From Octopus sinensis (taxonomy: Eukaryota): 64,000 bases of DNA. A model generated the notes under the pieces. The model was not told the DNA's origin and made no database searches. It worked only from the letters and a program-made list of their open reading frames with translations. Shown piece after piece: positions 12,117 through 24,616 of the stretch; position 1 is the first letter of the stretch, and the number at the start of each line of letters is the position of its first letter. Both the position numbers and the translations under genes were made by a program. The stretch covers positions 89,900,001 through 89,964,000 of the forward strand of contig NC_043000.1 of the NCBI RefSeq assembly GCF_006345805.1, read 5' to 3'.

Positions 12117-12424
12117 CAGTAGTTCCCAAACTTTTTCGGGCTGCCGCTCCCTTGATACCCAGGCCACATTCCTAGCGCCCCTCTCCAACTAACCATTACA
12201 AACATAGACCTCTTTCTGAAACAAATTCAAAATGACTGTATTTCACAAATAAAACTTAACCTAATGAACTCATTATTTTGTTGTTTTTACATGAATCGCT
12301 ACCCCATTATCGCCCTACTTTTACATGAATTGCTACCCGATTATCGCCCAACTTTTCTTCAACGCCCCTTTGGAACTTTCCACCGCCCCCAAAGAGGCAA
12401 TACCTCCCACTTTGGGGACCACTG
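12117..12424. mobile_element. hAT (Charlie-type) MITE, 308 bp
   Basis: TIRs CAGTAGTTCCCAAACT / ACTTTGGGGACCACTG; perfect 8-bp TSD CTCTAGAC at 12109-12116 and 12425-12432. Confidence 0.92.
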
Positions 12425-13041
12425 CTCTAGACCAATGAATTTTACCTCAGATCAAAACCGAACTTCACTAAAAATAACAAAATAACCCTTTAAGAGAATC
12501 AACTAACTGGAATGGTTGATGACCGTTTCCCACAGGGACGTCAACGGGGCAGAACGGAAAACTTGACTACCAGAAAAATAAAACGTCATCAGTAATTTAA
12601 CGAATCAAAAATTAGATACGTCCACGGAACAAATTATAAATACGCTGGATTCAAAAATAAAACGCCGTTACAAGCAAAAATCCCTACACAGAACGGAAAA
12701 AGAATCACAGAAACTGTAACAAAACCCCCCTTTTTTTGCTATCTTCATTTCTCTCTTGTTTTTCTCCCTCTTAACTCAGTATGACCGAACCTTTGATGAT
12801 CCACTTTTCTAATTGATCACTTCTAACACTATTGAATTTTATGCATTTAAACAAGATGATCTACATTTTTTATATTACTGAATGCTGTAAACATTTAAAC
12901 CATATTTGATATTATTGAATTTTATAAACATTGAATGATTCAAATGTTTTTCTATTTCGCAATTTCAAATTTTTACCATTGATAAACAAAAAATTGTTGA
13001 AAGTAGTTTGGTATGTATGTAAATAAATTTTGTTTTTTAAA

Positions 13042-13304
13042 TCTGATGAAGCTCCGTGTCTTAATCCGAATCTCCTATGACGATGAAGAATTTTATTATC
13101 ATAATTATTTATAGACAGCGCTTGGCTACGGATGCGGAAACGGCCGTAAGATTTGTTACGTCACCTATTTGTTATGTCTTGCTTTGTATATTAAAAAATA
13201 AGCTATAAATGTGTTTGTTACTGAGGTTTTCTCCATTTTCTGAATATATATGTACACATATATAAGGTTTTCTAATTCAGGTTCATTTTCAGCAACAAAT
13301 TCTA

Positions 13305-13395
<91 letters not shown>

Positions 13396-14195
13396 CGATA
13401 CAATAATTTTTTTTCCCCTGACGAAGGAGGTATTATCGAAATGCACCCTAGTGCTTTAAACATAATACACCCCTGAAATGGCCATAGGGATAAGTAAACA
13501 TGATTTCCTTCTTATATATAAGGCTTATTTTACCTGATTAAGATTTCTAAACGATGAACATTATTTTACTTTATTTACACGATATATATATATATATTAT
13601 ATTTTTTATATGCTCCTATATGTATATATATTTATATATGTTTTATATATTTTATATACCTATATATTTTTATATATTACTTATATTATATTTTATTTTC
13701 TACGTCCTTTTATAAATGTATTCTCTTTGAATCGCTAGAATATTAATTCTAAGTTTTAATGATAAGAATTTTTCTCGCACCATACCATATTATTATTATT
13801 ACGTGCTGTACATATGAATTTTGTTCCATCTTGCGGGTTATATGTTTATTCTATAATTAAATGTTCGAATTATGAAATGACATGCGGTTGACTTTGTATT
13901 TGCTTGTTCAATGATTTTAGTTTGATATACATATATATATACATACATACATACATACATACAGACAGACAGACATAATCAGAAAATGGAGAAAACCTCA
14001 GTTAACAAACACATTTATAGCTTTTTTTAATATACAAAGCATGACATAACAAATAGGTGACATAACAAATAGGTGACATAACAAATCTTACAGCCGTTTC
14101 CGCATCCGAAGCCAAGCACTGTCCATAAATAATTGCGAAAATAAAATTCTTCATCTTCATAGGAGATTCGGATTAAGGCACGGAGCTTCATCAGA
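13042..14195. repeat. ~205-220 bp inverted repeat with 727 bp microsatellite-rich spacer
   Basis: 13042-13247 is the reverse complement of 13975-14195. Confidence 0.92.
13043..13154 (+). ncRNA. Hammerhead-like motif with ~85 nt stem II insert
   Basis: CTGATGA (13043-49), a-GC-TCCG...CGGA-t-GC-g, GAA-ACGGCCGT-A (13137-48, palindromic stem III), AGATTT; reverse-complement copy at ~14085-14194. Confidence 0.5.
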
Positions 14196-14740
14196 GTAAA
14201 AAAATAAGAGCGTCCAATATAAACAAAGGGAAGAAGGAATAGCAAAGAAAACATAGCCTAGAAAATAAGTCTAGAAGCCCAATATATTAAAAGCATATAA
14301 TCTACCATTCTTGGGGCTACGAGGTCCGCAGGTAAAATAGTAAGTTAGTAATAGTCTAGGGGGTGCTACAATTTATTTACGAGTAGTTTTGAATTAAGTG
14401 GGGTGGCACGATGTTTTAAAATTTAAGGAAAGAAGTTATCAAAAAATATATATATAAGGAAACTTACAAACATGATTATCAAAAGGCAGTACCAATGTTA
14501 ACGAAGTAAACACAAGTAAATATATCCAAAACATTACCGTGGGGTGCTTAAGAAAGTTTACTCACAGAAATATTACCAAGAATCCCACCTATTGTCTACA
14601 ATGGGGCAAGTCTAAGTCCAGCGGTGTCTACAATTGGTCAGATACAATTTGAACCGAGGTCACAAGTTAAAACCATTACAATTGATATGTCAATAAAAAT
14701 AAACAAGAAAAGATAAAGGGTCTGGGGGGGGATGCACTGA

Positions 14741-15146
14741 TATAAGTGGTGCGGGGCCGCTTATGTCCTCCAGAAGCTTAACGTTATAACATGCATAAGA
14801 GGACTGTCAAAGAGTAAGTAGCCACGGATATTTGTTATTAAATTGTTTGAAGGAAACTTACTCATAGTACTAATTTGTCGGCGGAACCGGTATTAAGTGC
14901 TAATATCTTCTTTTAAACTGTTTATATAATGATATGTAATGCTTTTTAAGCATATTTAGTATACTTTAGCAACTTGTGAGTTTTATTAATTAATTTAACA
15001 TGTGATTTGGTCTTAAATATTAACCGCCTAATTGTAAGTGGGTTTTTATTTGCTCATTATAGTGTACCTATAAGTGGTGCGAGGCCGCTTATGTCCTTCA
15101 GCAGCTTAACGTTATAGCATGCATGGGGGAACTGTCAAAGAGTAAG
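14741..15146. repeat. 78 bp direct repeat pair
   Basis: tataagtggtgcg(g/a)ggccgcttatgtcc...ctgtcaaagagtaag at 14741-14818 and 15069-15146. Confidence 0.9.
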
Positions 15147-15640
15147 AAATCTCAGGTGATAGTTAAGGAGAGGCAACTAGTACAGGTAATTCAGCAATTC
15201 ATTCAGGCCACTAGAAAATGAATTTGGACTTAACCTCACATATAGCGAATTGTGGTAATAATTAGATACATACAAGTACGAATTATTGATAATTTTTTCT
15301 GGAGAATTGTTCGAAGAAGTGCCGGCATCTTTTTGCTGCCGACAAGAAAATGCGCTTGCGCGGTGGATTTGAAAACTTATAATGTATAAGCAAGAGGCAC
15401 ATGCTGGATTTGCCTCGTACTTATATGTTTAATCTAGGCGTACCTGTTGATGAAGACATCGCCTAGCAAATTATTTTATTTGCAAAAATAAGTCAGAAAC
15501 CATGCTCCAGGAAATAGATGGTAAATGTTTTTATTTTTCATTCCCATCGAGTTTTTAACCCTAATAGTGGTTTGGACTTTAGCTATTCCTTCTAGCATGA
15601 AAGGAAACCTATGAAGGATACTTCTTATGTGTTTAAATGT

Positions 15641-15911
<271 letters not shown>

Positions 15912-16003
15912 TTAATCCAAACGGGAAAACAGAAAAAGCAACAACACGTGAAACAATTACAGTATTAATATTATTAGGCGCTCAGGAAAATGGAAGAAGG
16001 AGA

Positions 16004-16038
16004 GTATGACGTTTCGAGCGGAGCTCTTCGTCGGAAAC
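16004..16038 (-). ncRNA. Minimal hammerhead-like motif, U4C variant, stem I partly decayed
   Basis: Minus strand: GTTT-CCGACGA-A-GAGC(tcc)GCTC-GAA-ACGT-C-ATAC. Confidence 0.5.
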
Positions 16039-16217
16039 ATAGGAGAAAGAAAGATTCCGAGACGGGAGGACAGAGGAAAAAAAATTGCAGGTAGTCTTCA
16101 CGAGGTCACATACTGAAAAGACGGAAGTTGTAAAAAAGGAGGAAAATGTTTTTTAAAAACAGGAGAGCTGAATCAAAGAGGGAATGGTAAAAAAGGTGTG
16201 CGAGAAAACGAGGGTGT

Positions 16218-17200
16218 GTGTATGTGTGTGTGCGTGTGTGTGTATGTGTGTGTGCGTGTGTGTGTATGTGTGTGTATGGTGAACAGTGGCTAGTAGCAGG
16301 CAGTAGTAGAGTTAAAGGAGTGTGTGGGGGTACCCTAGCAAGTGAGAAAGGCAGGTCAGAAACAGGGAGGTATGTGTGTGTGCGTGTGTATGTATGTGTG
16401 AGTGTGCGTGTGCGTGTGTGTATGTGTGTGTGAGGCGAGATAAAAAAGCAAAAAATATGTATATGTTAGTGCGTGCAGGGCGAACAGATAACAAAGCAAG
16501 TCTCGAGTGAGTGGTCAGTGGTAAAAAATGGGAGGAAGGAGGGAAGAAGGGAAGGAGGGAAAGGGTGGGGGCGTATGTAACGTGCCAGTGTGTGTGTAGA
16601 GTGGTAGTGTGTCCAGTGTGCGTAGTTGTGTGTATGGCAAGTAAATTTGAAGTGTGTGTAAGTGTAATGTATATATATATGCAAATGTGTGTGTGAGTGG
16701 GTGTGTGTATGTGTGTGTGCGTGTGTGTGTATGTGTGTGCGTGTGTGTGTATGTGTGTGTATGGTGAACAGTGGCTAGTAGCAGGCAGTAGTAGAGTTAA
16801 AGGAGTGTGTGGGGGTACCCTAGCAAGTGAGAAAGGCAGGTCAGAAACAGGGAGGTATGTGTGTGTGCGTGTGTATGTATGTGTGAGTGTGCGTGTGCGT
16901 GTGTGTATGTGTGTGTGAGGCGAGATAAAAAAGCAAAAAATATGTATATGTTAGTGCGTGCAGGGCGAACAGATAACAAAGCAAGTCTCGAGTGAGTGGT
17001 CAGTGGTAAAAAATGGGAGGAAGGAGGGAAGAAGGGAAGGAGGGAAAGGGTGGGGGCGTATGTAACGTGCCAGTGTGTGTGTAGAGTGGTAGTGTGTCCA
17101 GTGTGCGTAGTTGTGTGTATGGCAAGTAAATTGAAGTGTGTGTAAGTGTAATGTATATATATATGCAAATGTGTGTGTGAGTGGGTGTGTGTATGTGTGT
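16218..17200 (+). repeat. 485 bp tandem duplication (2 near-identical copies)
   Basis: atggtgaacagtggctagtagcagg at 16276 and 16761. Confidence 0.95.
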
Positions 17201-17262
17201 GTGTACAAAGAGGGGGGGTTAAGGAAAAAAAACTGCAGCGGAGGGGGGGAAGGGAAATGTCT

Positions 17263-17338
17263 ATATATATATATATATATTATATATATATATATTGTGT
17301 ATATATATATATATATAATATATATATATATCTATATA

Positions 17339-17372
<34 letters not shown>

Positions 17373-17413
17373 GTGTATATATATATAATATATATATATA
17401 TATGTATATATAA

Positions 17414-17460
<47 letters not shown>

Positions 17461-17500
17461 TATATATATTATATATATATATGTGTATATATATATATAT

Positions 17501-17531
<31 letters not shown>

Positions 17532-17565
17532 GTATATATATATATAATATATATATATATGTATA

Positions 17566-17596
<31 letters not shown>

Positions 17597-17650
17597 GTTA
17601 TATATATATATATTATATATATATATATATATTATATATGTATATATATG

Positions 17651-17696
<46 letters not shown>

Positions 17697-17711
17697 GTGT
17701 GTGTGTGTGTG

Positions 17712-17789
<78 letters not shown>
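17263..17789. repeat. ~530 bp compound (TA)n/(TG)n microsatellite
   Basis: Direct reading. Confidence 0.97.
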
Positions 17790-17792
<3 letters not shown>

Positions 17793-18045
17793 GAAAACAT
17801 AGCTGATGTTTCAATATGTTCATTCCTACGTTCCTTTCAATAATGTAACATTGTACTTATGCAATTAGAGTATGCATCATTTTTTTAAGGAAAAAAATCG
17901 ATCTATACAGAAATGTATATGTGTGTGTATTGTGAAACAAACATAGTATACAAATATTTACTTCTGTGGATTTTTTTACCTGTGAAATCAAGATAAATAC
18001 CTAAAGATCCTAACGGTCTCTTTAAGTAAAAAGAATTATGACTGG

Positions 18046-18100
18046 GGATCTTCTGATATGCCTGTTTCGGAAATAATTGTTTCCTCTTCAGAGAAAATCC
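18046..18100 (-). ncRNA. Candidate type-I hammerhead ribozyme, canonical core
   Basis: Minus strand: GGATTTTCT-CTGAAGA-GGAAA(caatta)TTTCC-GAA-ACAGGCATAT-C-AGAAGATCC; 9-bp stem I, AUC cleavage triplet. Confidence 0.75.
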
Positions 18101-18868
18101 ACCCATTATTTTTCGATAACTCCAGAAAAAAATTAGAAATTTAAATGGATATATATATATGCTGAGACCCCCTTCGGTCATGACTGTGTTTTATGAATCG
18201 CTGTGTTTTATAGCAAATTATAGGCTCAAATGGAGCTTTAGAAAAACTGTGTCACGGGACCTTATCAGAAAGGCTGCGATTAGTTGGGTCACACATTGGC
18301 GCGTAATAGAGCAAGAGACAAATTGCGCCACTACCAACCAACCAGAGTAGTAGACACAACAGGGTCCAAGCGGACGAAGGTTAGCTGTTATCTGCTACGT
18401 CTGTTATATATAACAGGGAGAGAGAGAGAATTTCACTAAGCGTACGCTACAGTCTAATCTTGTGGTTTATAAGTCTTTGGCAGAAGAAAGAGTGTGTTCG
18501 TACGCATGGGAATCGAACTTACACCTCTTATATTCGCAATTAGTATGCAAACCGATTACACAAACCTACCCACTCACTTCTTCCTATTAGATTTAAGAGC
18601 GACTTTAGGTTGTCTCTACATCCGTCAGATAGATAGACAGACACTTAAGTACATACAAGTACACACATATATATAACCATATTTTTAATTCATGTGTGTG
18701 CGCGTGTGTGTGTATCTATGTGTTGTCTATTTCTCTCTCTCTTCCTTTAACTATATACACACACACACAACACAACACACACACACGTGGTTTATGCCGT
18801 CTCAATACATGTTGTACAGGATAGGGTAATTTTATTGAAACTGAGATTGCTTTGCTACTTGATTTATG

Positions 18869-18916
<48 letters not shown>

Positions 18917-20584
18917 CAGATAGACAGATAGATAGATAGATAGATCTCGTCTCGAGTTAAATCTTTTGAGATTTTACGTCGTTTTCCTTTTCTTTAGAAA
19001 AGAATGGAAATAAATAAACCTCAACTACAATTGACTTATTCGACTTCACATCTGTCTCAGCGAACATATTTAAATACATAAAAAATTTTCTTTTAAATAC
19101 TTAAAAACAAATATCTAAGTGGAAAATGAAATAAAATACATGTGAAAATATATAGAAACCATTTATTGAAATAGATATAAGCTAATTTTTTTTCATGTTT
19201 TTTACGTGTTACGCCGTTTTACAAGATGTGTCTTGAAACCAACTACCGACGGAAGTTGTGGTTTGCCTCTATATATATCCATGTTCGTGCATGTGTGTGT
19301 ATGTGTGTGCGTATTCATCTGTAGTTTATTTTCTTTTGTCTGTATAGGTCTTCATGTGAAGGTGCATGGCTTAGGAGTAGTCAGCTCATGATTAGGAGTT
19401 CGAGCCCCAGCGACGCGTTGTGTCCTTGAGCGAGACGCATTATTTCTCGTTATTCTAGTCCACTCAGCTGGAAAAAATTAGTTGTACCTGTAATTCTAAA
19501 GGGCCGGGCCTTGTCACATTCTGTGTCACGCTGAATTAGGATGAATTACACGTGTCTGTGCAGTACTCAGCAACTTGCACGTTAATTTCACTAGCAAAAT
19601 GTTCCGTTGATCGGATCAACTGGAACCTCTGTTGTCTTCTTCTTTTCTTCTTCTTCTTTTTCTTCTTCTTCTTCTTCTTCTTCCAATCAGAACTCAAGCC
19701 ATTAGCCACAAAGAATAATTTCTAATTCGAGCCTACTCTAAGCTACTAAGAATGCGTGTGGCAACTTGGAGATCCACCCACCACACACGATAGACTGGCG
19801 GTTGCACGGGCGCGAAAGCTACGTTGTTATCCTCATTCCGTAAACGGTGGCTTTTAACGGGTGGAGAGCTGAACCATCTTGGGGTGCAGAGGATTCGCAA
19901 TCTAGACTAGCGTCTGAAAGTTTACCACACCATAGTTGGTTACACCATGGTTCTTCTGCTTTGTGTCATAAGTAGGAAGAAAGAGTGAGAGAAAGTTGTG
20001 GTGAAAGAGTACAGCGAGGTTCACCACCACCACTACACCCCACTACTATTGATTAAATAAGTACTAGTTATGCACTGGGGTCGATATAATCGACTTAATC
20101 CGTTTGTCTGTCCTTGTTTGTCTTCTCTGTGTTTAGCCCCTTGTGGGTAGTAAAGAAATAGGTATTCGTTTCAGTGCTTTACGTACTGAGTTCAATTTTC
20201 GCTGAGGTTAATTTTACCTTTCCACAAGTCTTTAAAAATGAATTACCGGTTTAGTACAAATACAGCGTCGATTTTCCGGAACCTTTGGTTTGAAGGTGGC
20301 CTTTCCGGATTACTGATATTTTTCCGAACCAGGTGTTGTCACCTTAGTCAACACAACCAAATATTAAATTTATTTGAATTTTAAAATTAGATACAGATAC
20401 CTGTACATAAGCACAGATAGCTGTATAGGCGCAGGCGTGACTGTGTGGTAAGAAGCTTGCTTCCCAACGATATGGTTCCTACCGCGTGGCACCTTGAGCA
20501 AATGTCTTCTACTATAACCACGATCCGACCAAAGCCTTGTTAGCTCATTTGGTAGGCGGAAACTGGAAAGAAGCCTGTCGCGTG

Positions 20585-20621
<37 letters not shown>

Positions 20622-21729
20622 GTGTGTGTGTGTGTGTTCCCCTTCCACCATTTGACAACCGAAGTTGGTGAGTTTACGTCCCCGTAACATAGCGGTTCGG
20701 CAAAAGATCGATAAACTAATTACTAGGCTTAGGAAAAAGTCCTGGGGTGGATTTGTTCGATTAAAATCCTTCAAGGCTGTGCTCTAGCATGGCCGCTGTC
20801 AAACAACTGGAATAAATAAAAGAAATATAAATGATACAAGCTCATTAAAACTACTGTGCATCAATGAACTAGTCTGGTAGCCGCGAGATTTTGAAGTTTC
20901 TGTTCGTAAATTAGTGTGGATTATAAGAGGTTCCGGATTAGGACCATCAATATCCAGAAAGCTGGTGTTATTCCTGTACTTGGATCGACTAATTACCTCC
21001 GGTTTATGCCTAGACCAGAAGCCATTATTACAACCGCTGTGTTTTCGTCAATGTCATTCTTTATATTAAAAACACGTGTTGTGTACATCTTTTATCTTTT
21101 AAATGATTTAGTCATTAGACTGTGGCTATGCTGGGGCACCGCCTTGAAGAATTTTAGTCGAACGAATCGACCCCAATACTTTTTTAAAAATAAAAACCTT
21201 AGTACTTATTCTATCGGTCCATTTTGCCAAACCGCTAGATTATAGAGACGTAAACACACCAACACCGGTTGTCATGCGGTCGTGTGGGACACAAAGACAC
21301 ACATTATATACGACTGGCTTCTTTCAGTTTCCGTCTACCAAATTCACTCACAAGGCTCTGTTCGGCCCGAGGCTATCCAGTGGGATTGAACCTGTAATCA
21401 TGTGGCTAGGAGGAAAATTCTTACCACACACCCACGTCTGCGCTTATATCCTTGTAATGATTCTAATTACGAGAAAAAGGAAATCCTCAAAAAGTTACGG
21501 GTGAATATCATTAATTATGTTGATTAATATCTGTATGAATGTGGCGAGCTGGCAGAATCATTAGCACGCCGGGTGAAATGCATAGTGGTATTTCGTCCAT
21601 CTTTATGTTCTTTCGGCGTCGATAAAATAAGTACCAGTTGAGCACTGGGGTCGATGTAATCGACTTAGTTCCTCCTCCAAACTTGCTGGCCTTGTGCCAA
21701 AATTTGAAACCAATATTTATCTGTATGTG

Positions 21730-21960
21730 GAGGCGCGTGGCTTAGTGGTTAGGGTGTCAGCACAATGATAGTAAGATTGTAGTTTCGATTCCTGGACCGG
21801 GCGACGCGTTGTGTTCTTGAGCAAAATACCTCATTTCACTTAGCTTCAGTCCACTCAGCTGGCAAAAATGAGTAACGCTGCGATGGACTGGCGTCCCGTC
21901 CAACTGGGAAACACATACGCCATTGAAACCGGGCCCATGAGCCTTGCTAGGCTTTAAAAG
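21730..21960 (+). mobile_element. tRNA-derived SINE family B
   Basis: ggcgcgtggcttagtggttaggg (box A), gtttcgattcc (box B), cttgagcaa body, gcgatggactggcgtcccgtcc segment. Related heads at ~9995-10270(+), 19360-19640(+), 34545-34635(-), 37105-37345(-), 57518-57810(+). Confidence 0.82.
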
Positions 21961-23333
21961 GGCGCATTTATTTATTTATTTATTCATCTGTATGTAAAGC
22001 TGCGAACTAGTGGAATGGTTAGCACGCCGGGCAAAATGCTTAGCGGCATTTCGTCTATTTTTACGCCTGAGTTCAAATTCAGCCGAGGTCGTCTTTGCTT
22101 TTCAGTTTTTCTAGGCCTATAAAATTAGTGCCAGTTGAGCATTGAGGTCAATGTAATCGACTAGTCTTCCTCTCCAACCCCAAGTTGTTGCCCTTGTGCA
22201 AAAATTTTAAACAAATACTTATCTGTGTGGCGTAACTATTTGGATTTATGAGCTTTCAGTTGTTGTCAATAATTTTGATAACCCCTTGCAGAATCCTTAA
22301 TTGCATCTATGAAGCTATTCAATTTTGCTGTAAAGCAATTTTCTCAGTTAAAACTGTAAGGAGAGAGTTAGGGTTTTTCTTCACAATAGTTTTAGGTGTC
22401 GTCAGACTTATTGTTACATTCTTCCGTCATGCACACGTTTTGCTTATTTCGTTGTCGCTTTGTCTGCTCCTGCTTGGTTTGCAGCTCTTAAACTGAACGA
22501 ATATTTAATCTATTTTATTCGTAGGCGACATAACAGTAATTATTTATTATTGAGTAGTTATTAAACTCGTGTATTCAAAAGTGATGATGATGATGTTGTG
22601 TGTGTGTGAGTGTGTGTGGAGTAATAGCCATGTTAGCCGCTATCGAGCAGACTTATGGAATGTAGGTAGTTGATCGAAAGAGTAATTATTTCATTAATAT
22701 CATCCATTAAATTGCTTCATCCTGTTTGTTTCATTCACAAAAATGTTATTTTACTCCTCTCTTGTTTACTCTTTGTCTGTCTGTCTCATTTATCTAATTG
22801 TTTGTCTCGTGTATCTGTTTGTCTATCTGTCTGTCTCTTGACTGCAACCATGCTGGGGCACCGCCTCCGAAGGGTTTTAGTTGAACAAATCGACCACAGT
22901 ACTTATATTTAAGTCTGGTACTTATTCTATCGGTCTCTTGCCGATCCGCTAAGTTACGGGAATGCAAACAAACCAACACTGGTTGTCAAGCGGTAGGGAT
23001 ATAGTCACAAAGGCACACACACACACACACACATGCGACGAGCTTCTTTCAATTTCTGTCTACCAAATCCACTCTGTTGGCCCGGGGCTAAAGTTGGAGA
23101 CTTCAATCAAAGGTGTCACACAGTGGGACTGAACCCGGAACCATGTGGTTGGGAAGCAAACTTCTCTCACATGTACATTCATATTTTCCTCATCCACTTG
23201 CTTTCTCTGTTTGAAACATTCGAGAGCTATGATGGCACTATACTAATCATTAGTCTTGGAATTCGTTACTCAATGGCCTTTATTTTATGTCAACCTGCCA
23301 CACGCAATTTCTAATATCTTGCAGCCAACTAAA

Positions 23334-23985
23334 GGCGGCGGGCTGGCAGAATCGTTAGCACTCCGGGTGAAATGCGTAGCCGTATTTCGTCTGCCGTTAC
23401 GTTGTGAGTTCAAATTCCGCCGAGGTCGACTTTACTTTTCATCCTTTCGGGGTCGATTAAATAAGTACCAGTTACACTGGGGTCGATATAATCGACTTAA
23501 TCCGTTTGTCTGTCCCCTCTATGTTTAGCCCCTTGTGGGCAATAAAAAAATAAGAATCATTTGTACGCTGGGCAAAATGCTTAGCGGTATTTCGTCCGTC
23601 TTTACGTTCTGAATTTAAATTCCGCCGAGGTAGACTTTGCCTTTTATTCTTTCGGGATCGATGAAATAAGTATCAGTTGAGCACTGGGGTCGATGTGATC
23701 GACTTAAACCCCCACCCCCAGAAAATACTGGCCTTGTGTCAAAATTTGAAAGCAATATCTTATAGTTAACTAAGACGGCTAGCTGGCAGAATCGTTAGCA
23801 CGCCGGGCAAAATACATTTCGTCCGTTTTTATTTCCTGAATTCAAATTCCGCCGAGTCGTCTTTGCTTTTCATTCCTCTTAGGGTCGATAAAATAAGTAT
23901 CAGTCAAGATCTGGGGTCGATGTAATCGACTAGACCCCTCCCGCGGAATTGCTGGCCCTGTGTCAAAATTTGAAAGCAATATATC
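23334..23985 (+). mobile_element. SINE family C, three head-to-tail copies
   Basis: ggcggcgggctggcagaatcgttagcac...gagttcaaattccgccgaggtcgactttgcctttcatcctttcggggtcgat. Other copies ~20060-20260, 21540-21710, 21995-22215, 25555-25850, 44200-44520, 50170-50285, 50460-50590, 61690-61850(-). Confidence 0.88.
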
Positions 23986-24196
23986 ACAGTTAACTTATTT
24001 TATCAATTTCCGAGATAGAAATTGAACCGAGAGTGTGAAGAAGTATAACTAAATACTGTGACATCATCAACATTGTACAAATTCTGCAGGTTCTATAAAA
24101 TAAGTAAAATCTTAGTTTGCTTTTAGCTGTAAAATTGCAATCGATGGAGAATCTTTTAACAACTCTTGCCTTTAAGCCATCGAAATTTTCGCTTAC

Positions 24197-24616
24197 TAGG
24201 CGTAGGAGTGGCTGTGTGGTAAGTAGCTTGCTTACGAACCACATGGTTCCAGGTTCAGTCCCACTGCGTGGCACTTTGGGCAAGTGTCCTCTACGATAGC
24301 TTGGGGCCGACCAAAACCTTGTGAGTGGATTTGGTAGACGGAAACTGAAAGATGCCCGTCGTATATATGTATATATATATATATATGTGTGTGTGTATGT
24401 GTGCGTATATGTTTGTGTGTCTGTTTGTTCCCCTCCCCCAACATCGCTTGACAACCGATGCTGGTGTGTTTACGTCCCCGTAACTTAGCGGTTCGGCAAA
24501 AGACCGATAGAATAAGTACTAGGCTTACAAAGAATAAGTCCTGGGTTCGAACTGCTCGAATAAAAGCGGTGCTCCAGCATGGCCACAGTCACATGACTGA
24601 AACAAGTAAAAGAGTA
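24197..24616 (+). mobile_element. SINE family A, full length (representative of >20 copies or fragments)
   Basis: taggcgtaggagtggctgtgtggtaag...aacaagtaaaagagta. Other copies ~481-772(-), 20426-20824(+), 21095-21445(-), 22835-23170(-), 24975-25325(-), 25335-25555(-), 33520-33870(+), 34875-35215(-), 35420-35840(-), 38135-38595(-, split), 40670-41050(+), 44760-45175(+). Head-only fragments at ~41815, 51750, 55470, 56080, 58310. Confidence 0.88.

Noticed and set aside
12510-12600. Overlapping hammerhead-like pieces on both strands (TTGATGA-CCGTT..AACG-GAAA; CTGATGA..GAAACGGTC)
   Set aside because: Each lacks either C3 and NUH or stem I; possibly a relic but not supportable
18495-18570. tRNA-like sequence on the minus strand (gtgtaatcggtt...aagttcgattccc)
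   Set aside because: Cloverleaf does not close; a decayed SINE head at best. No genuine tRNA gene was seen in the window.
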